A stretch of 32,000 nt of DNA, taken from Nitrosospira multiformis ATCC 25196 (GTDB lineage Bacteria > Pseudomonadota > Gammaproteobacteria > Burkholderiales > Nitrosomonadaceae). Shown here piece by piece: positions 27,645-32,000 of this stretch. Every line of letters starts with the position of its first letter. Position 1 is the stretch's first letter. A program made the translations under genes and the position numbers. Location of the stretch: assembly GCF_000196355.1 (NCBI RefSeq), contig NC_007614.1, positions 1,170,001 to 1,202,000 on the forward strand, given 5' to 3'. The notes under the pieces are model-generated. The model searched no databases, had not been told where the DNA came from, and worked only from the letters and a program-made list of their open reading frames with translations.

Positions 27645-29180
27645 CTATGCAGCGCGCCGGGAGAAATCCTTAAGGCGAAAACCGAGCAGCCATAAGGTAA
27701 CAAAGTAGCTCGCCGCCCCGATCATGACGACTCCTGCCAACCGTACCCCTCGCACTGCCGCCGTATCCGTCAGCCACGAAACATCGGTGCCTGAAGCAAA
27801 CCATAATATGGTTCCCATCATCGCCAGGGCTGCCGATATTTTTGTCATAAAGATGCCCCATCCTGGTTGAGGCTGATAAATCTGATGACGCCGTAATTTG
27901 TAATAGAGCAGGCCCGCATTGATACAGGCGCCCAATCCGATGGCAAGCGCGAGCCCGGCGTGTCGCAGCGGTATGATGAAGGCGAGATTCATCAACTGGG
28001 TCGCGACAAGCGTGATGAGGGCTATTTTTACCGGTGTCTTGATGTTCTGTCTTGCGTAGAAACCAGGGGCCAGCACTTTCACCAGAATCAGCCCCAGCAG
28101 GCCCACGCTGTACGCGATGAGGGCATTGCGTGTCATCCAGACATCATTGGCCGAGAATTCGCCGTGATGAAACAGTGTCGTGATAAGCGGCGTGGCAAGC
28201 AGCGCCAGCGCCAGCGCCGCCGGCAGCGTCAGCAGCATGGTCAGGCGCAAACCCCAGTCAAGCAGCCGGGAATATTCATCCGTGCTGTTGTCGGCATAGT
28301 GCCGCGACAAGGACGGCAGCAGGACCGTGCCGAGCGCAACACCCAACAGACCGGCGGGAAACTCCATTAGCCGATCCGCATAATAAAGCCAGGAAACGCT
28401 GCCTGTGACAAGAAAGGAAGCAAATATCGTGTTGATCAGCAGGCTGATCTGGCCGATAGACATGCCGAAAACAGCCGGTCCCATTTGCTTGAGAACACGC
28501 CATGCACCATTGTCGGGGGATTTCAGGCGCGGGCGCGGCATCAATTTGAGGCGCATGAGGAACGGTACCTGGAAGGCAAGCTGGAGCACCCCCCCGATGA
28601 ATACCGCCCACGCGAGCGCCAGCACTGGCGGGTCCATGAGGGGTGCCAGCCATAGCGAGCAGCCGATAAACGACAGGTTGAGCAGGGCCGGAGTCAGGGC
28701 AGGCACTGAAAATCTGCTCCAGGTGTTGAGGATGCCGCCAGCCAGCGACACGAGCGAGATGAACAGGATGTAGGGAAACGTGATCTGCAGCAGTTCCACC
28801 GTAAGCTCGAATTTCCCGGGGCTTGCCGTGAATCCTGGCGCACTTACATAGATGACCAGCGGTGCCGCAATAACGCCTGCCAGCGTGACCGCAAATAGCG
28901 CGATGAACAGCAGCGTTGCGACATGACTTACCAGCTCGCGCGTATCTTCGGCTGTGCGGCGATTCTTGTATTCGGCAAGTATGGGCACGAACGCCTGAGA
29001 AAACGCCCCCTCGGCGAACAGCCGGCGCAACAGGTTGGGGATACGGAATGCCACAAAGAAAGCATCGGTTTCGACGCCTGCGCCAAAAATGCGGGCAATG
29101 ATGACATCCCGCGCAAATCCCAGAATGCGGGATATGAACGTCATCCCGCTGACGGTGACAAGGGCTTTGAGCAGATTCAT
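27645..29180 (-). CDS. murJ: Lipid II flippase MurJ (MviN)
   Basis: [72 protein letters not shown]. Confidence 0.97.
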   Translation of the reverse strand: MNLLKALVTVSGMTFISRILGFARDVIIARIFGAGVETDAFFVAFRIPNLLRRLFAEGAFSQAFVPILAEYKNRRTAEDTRELVSHVATLLFIALFAVTLAGVIAAPLVIYVSAPGFTASPGKFELTVELLQITFPYILFISLVSLAGGILNTWSRFSVPALTPALLNLSFIGCSLWLAPLMDPPVLALAWAVFIGGVLQLAFQVPFLMRLKLMPRPRLKSPDNGAWRVLKQMGPAVFGMSIGQISLLINTIFASFLVTGSVSWLYYADRLMEFPAGLLGVALGTVLLPSLSRHYADNSTDEYSRLLDWGLRLTMLLTLPAALALALLATPLITTLFHHGEFSANDVWMTRNALIAYSVGLLGLILVKVLAPGFYARQNIKTPVKIALITLVATQLMNLAFIIPLRHAGLALAIGLGACINAGLLYYKLRRHQIYQPQPGWGIFMTKISAALAMMGTILWFASGTDVSWLTDTAAVRGVRLAGVVMIGAASYFVTLWLLGFRLKDFSRRAA

Positions 29181-29384
29181 GGATGCGTATGTTAACTGAA
29201 TACTTGAGGTTTAGGGTCGCTTCACCATGAGTCGTTCTTCACTGCCGTTCCCCGACAGGCGCAAATCAGGACAAATGCTGCAATGGATAGCAACAAAAGG
29301 CAGAGTTGTCAGTTTTCTTGCAATCAGGCGTAAACATCCGTATCATTCGAAAATTTTCCGCAAAGGGTAATCCGAGGAATTTTC

Positions 29385-29648
29385 ATGGCCAACAGCGCAC
29401 AAGCAAGAAAACGTGCTAGACAGAATATCAGTCATCGTAACCGCAACATGAGTCTGCGCTCGGAATTGCGCACAGCGATCAAGCATGTAAGAAAGGCGAT
29501 CGGATCGGCTGACAAAAATACTGCCCAGGCTGCATATCAGGCGTCTGTCGCTACCATAGATTCGATTGCGGACAAGGGAATCATTCACAAGAACAAGGCA
29601 GCCCGTCATAAAAGCCGTCTCTCGTCAGCCATCAAGGCGATGGCCTGA
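29385..29648 (+). CDS. rpsT: 30S ribosomal protein S20
   Basis: 87 aa. [39 protein letters not shown]...[20 protein letters not shown]. Confidence 0.97.
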   Translation: MANSAQARKRARQNISHRNRNMSLRSELRTAIKHVRKAIGSADKNTAQAAYQASVATIDSIADKGIIHKNKAARHKSRLSSAIKAMA

Positions 29649-29660
29649 TCGTTCAACTCC

Positions 29661-29699
29661 CAACAAAAAAGCCCGGGAATCACCCGGGCTTTTTTGTTG
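29661..29699. terminator. Rho-independent terminator downstream of rpsT (bidirectional)
   Basis: CAACAAAAAAGCCCGGG-AATCA-CCCGGGCTTTTTTGTTG, perfect 17-bp stem including a T6 run. Confidence 0.95.
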
Positions 29700-29825
29700 G
29701 TGCTCCTTTTGTCGATGGTTTAGCACTTACCCGATCCATGGGGAGTATGCAAAAGTCTCGCCTCGAGCAGGAAAGGACCGGTCTCGAGGGGAGGGGGTTC
29801 GCATGGGTGTCGGCATTAGCGGTGA

Positions 29826-30659
29826 TTACGTGGATTCAGCGGAATTAGGTAGCGGAAGCGAGGGGGCATCTTCTGGTCCTGCGGTATCGGAAGCTTTCGC
29901 CCTCCGGTTCCCGGTCGACTCTGTCAGAGTCGATACCAGATCCATCGGTACTGGAAAAATAACCGTATTGGATTTGTCGCCCGCAATTGTCGTAAGCGTC
30001 TGGAGATAGCGCAGTTGCATGGCGCCGGCCTGCCGCGACAGCGTTTCTGCCGCCTGCATGAGTTGCTCCGATGCCTGTAATTCACCCTCGGCGTGAATCA
30101 CCTTGGCGCGACGTTCGCGTTCCGCTTCCGCCTGCCGGGCAATAGCCCGTATCATGGATTCGTCAATGTCCACATGCTTGATCTCGACATTGGATACCTT
30201 GATGCCCCAGGCGTCGGTCTGAATGTCCAGCACTTTCTGGATATCCATGTTGAGTTTCTCGCGTTCCGCCAGCATTTCATCGAGTTCGTGCTTGCCCAGT
30301 ACCGATCGCAACGTGGTTTGCGCGAACTGGCTGGTGGCGGCAAGAAAGTTCTCCACCTGGATGATGGATTTTTGCGGATCGACCACGCGAAAATACACCA
30401 CGGCACTGACTTTCACCGAGACGTTGTCGCGTGAAATGACGTCTTGGCTCGGTACGTCCATCACCACCGTGCGCAGGTCAACTTTCACCATTTTCTGAAT
30501 CCCTGGAATGATGATGATCAGGCCGGGGCCTTTCACCTTGTAGAAGCGGCCGAGCAGGAACACGACACCCCGTTCATATTCGCGCAAAATGCGGAATATC
30601 GAGAATAGCGCGAGGATAAGAATGAGGGCGAGCGTGCCGAATACCGAATTGGCGAGCAT
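29826..30659 (-). CDS. Slipin / stomatin-like SPFH-domain protein
   Basis: [66 protein letters not shown]. Confidence 0.94.
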   Translation of the reverse strand: MLANSVFGTLALILILALFSIFRILREYERGVVFLLGRFYKVKGPGLIIIIPGIQKMVKVDLRTVVMDVPSQDVISRDNVSVKVSAVVYFRVVDPQKSIIQVENFLAATSQFAQTTLRSVLGKHELDEMLAEREKLNMDIQKVLDIQTDAWGIKVSNVEIKHVDIDESMIRAIARQAEAERERRAKVIHAEGELQASEQLMQAAETLSRQAGAMQLRYLQTLTTIAGDKSNTVIFPVPMDLVSTLTESTGNRRAKASDTAGPEDAPSLPLPNSAEST

Positions 30660-30672
30660 AAGTGTCTCCTGG

Positions 30673-32000
30673 TTATTTTTCTGCTGCGGTTACATGCAGG
30701 ATGAGGCCGTCGATTCCGGTCACACGCACCTTCTGGCCCCGAACCAGCGGTTGGGCGGAGTGCACGGTCCACAACTCGCCGCGGATACGCGCCATGCCGT
30801 CACCGGAAGTGTCTTCCAGCATTTCTCCCACTGAGCCGACCATATGCTCCTGACCACTCAGCAACGGTTTCCGGCGGGTCTTGAGCGCCATGCCGATTAC
30901 TGAAATCAGGAACAGGGCACTGGCGAAGGCTACTCCGCCGACGAGCGTCCAGGGGATACCGAAACCGGGCGCCTCACTGTCAATCAGCATCAGGGAGCCC
31001 ACGACGAAAGCGATAATTCCGCCGATACCGAGGGCCCCGAAGCTGGGCAGGAATACTTCGGCCACCATGAACCCGATCCCGAGCAGGATCAAGGCAAGTC
31101 CGGCATAGCTCACCGGCAGTAACTGGAAGGCATACAGGGCGATAAGCAGGCAGATGGCGCCTGCCACGCCGGGTAGCACAAAACCGGGGTTGGCAAACTC
31201 GAAGAACAGTCCGTAAATGCCGATAAGCATCAGGACATAGGCGACGCTTGGATTGGTGATGATGGCGAGCAGCCGCGTGCGCCAGTCGGGTTCCACGACT
31301 TCCATGGTGGCGGAAGTGGTATCGAGCTTACGGTCCTGGCCCAGTACGTTCACTTGCCTGCCATTGAGCTGCTTCAGCAGATCCGCGATGTCGGTAGCGA
31401 TATAATCGACAACTTTGAGGTGCAGCGCTTCGGAGGCCGACAGACTGACCGCTTCGCGGACGGCTCTTTCCGCCCATTCCACATTACGCCCGCGCATTTG
31501 CGCCAGGCCGCGTATGTACGCCGCAGCATCATGAATCATTTTGCGGGACATTTCGTCCTTTACGGGAAGCTGGCCTTCTTTTTCCGGATTTTGCGCGCGG
31601 TTCTCGCCTGATTTCGGTTGGGGCCTGGGTTCAGGCTCTGATCGGGGAAAGCCACCCATTTCTATTGGGGTTGCGGCACCCAGGTTGGTGCCCGGAGCCA
31701 TCGCGGCGATATGGCTGGCATACAGGATATAAGTGCCGGCACTGGCTGCCCGAGCCCCACTCGGCGCCACAAAAGTCGCCACGGGCAAGGGTGAAGCCAG
31801 GACACCGCGGATGATCTGCCGCATGGAAGTGTCGAGGCCTCCCGGCGTGTCCAGTTGTAACACCACAAGCAGCGCGTTCTCGTTCGCGGCGCGTTCCAGT
31901 CCGCGCTGGATGAAATCGGCGCTGGCCGGAGCAATGGGGCCATCGATTTTCAACACCACGACAGGGGAAGCTCGAACAATTGACGGCAGCAGAAACAGCA
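30673..32000 (-). CDS. NfeD family protein / ClpP-class membrane serine protease (5' truncated by window edge)
   Basis: The frame continues upstream of the called GTG through [14 protein letters not shown] (signal-peptide-like) to the window edge. Contains [20 protein letters not shown] and the NfeD C-terminal domain. Confidence 0.93.
   Translation of the reverse strand, partial: LFLLPSIVRASPVVVLKIDGPIAPASADFIQRGLERAANENALLVVLQLDTPGGLDTSMRQIIRGVLASPLPVATFVAPSGARAASAGTYILYASHIAAMAPGTNLGAATPIEMGGFPRSEPEPRPQPKSGENRAQNPEKEGQLPVKDEMSRKMIHDAAAYIRGLAQMRGRNVEWAERAVREAVSLSASEALHLKVVDYIATDIADLLKQLNGRQVNVLGQDRKLDTTSATMEVVEPDWRTRLLAIITNPSVAYVLMLIGIYGLFFEFANPGFVLPGVAGAICLLIALYAFQLLPVSYAGLALILLGIGFMVAEVFLPSFGALGIGGIIAFVVGSLMLIDSEAPGFGIPWTLVGGVAFASALFLISVIGMALKTRRKPLLSGQEHMVGSVGEMLEDTSGDGMARIRGELWTVHSAQPLVRGQKVRVTGIDGLILHVTAAEK

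Noticed and set aside
1-32000. Search for CRISPR arrays, transposases, toxin-antitoxin or phage defence genes
   Set aside because: No regularly spaced repeats and no recognisable transposase, integrase, nuclease-defence or TA proteins. All major ORFs are housekeeping genes.

Overview
This 32 kb window looks like an ordinary betaproteobacterial chromosome segment. Protein content suggests an ammonia-oxidiser such as Nitrosospira, but that is inference only. The central feature is a complete + strand respiratory complex I operon, nuoA-B-CD-E-F-G-H-I-J-K-L-M-N (about 3.2-18.6 kb). It has the E. coli-type architecture: fused nuoCD, and a large NuoG with an intact C-x2-C-x3-C-x27-C motif. Flanking genes are argJ (-), a TusA-like sulfur carrier (+), an exported hypothetical protein with an HELEH motif (-), and a minus-strand set made of ExbB, ExbD, a Trm112-like protein and a J1-crystallin-like ADP-ribosylglycohydrolase. 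Further along are xseA (+), a DUF423 membrane protein (+), a THUMP-type RNA methyltransferase (+), dsbB (+), htpX (+), mlaA/vacJ without a lipobox Cys (-), murJ (-), rpsT (+), a slipin (-) and a truncated nfeD (-). I found no CRISPR array, transposase, prophage, tRNA/rRNA or obvious defence system. I also do not see strong evidence for an undescribed system. The best second-look items are the HELEH protein, the palindromic element in the nuoK-nuoL gap, the tandem 17-mer near nuoA, the cysteine-free MlaA, the altered motif in the ADP-ribosylglycohydrolase-like protein, and a perfect 14-bp palindrome near the left edge.
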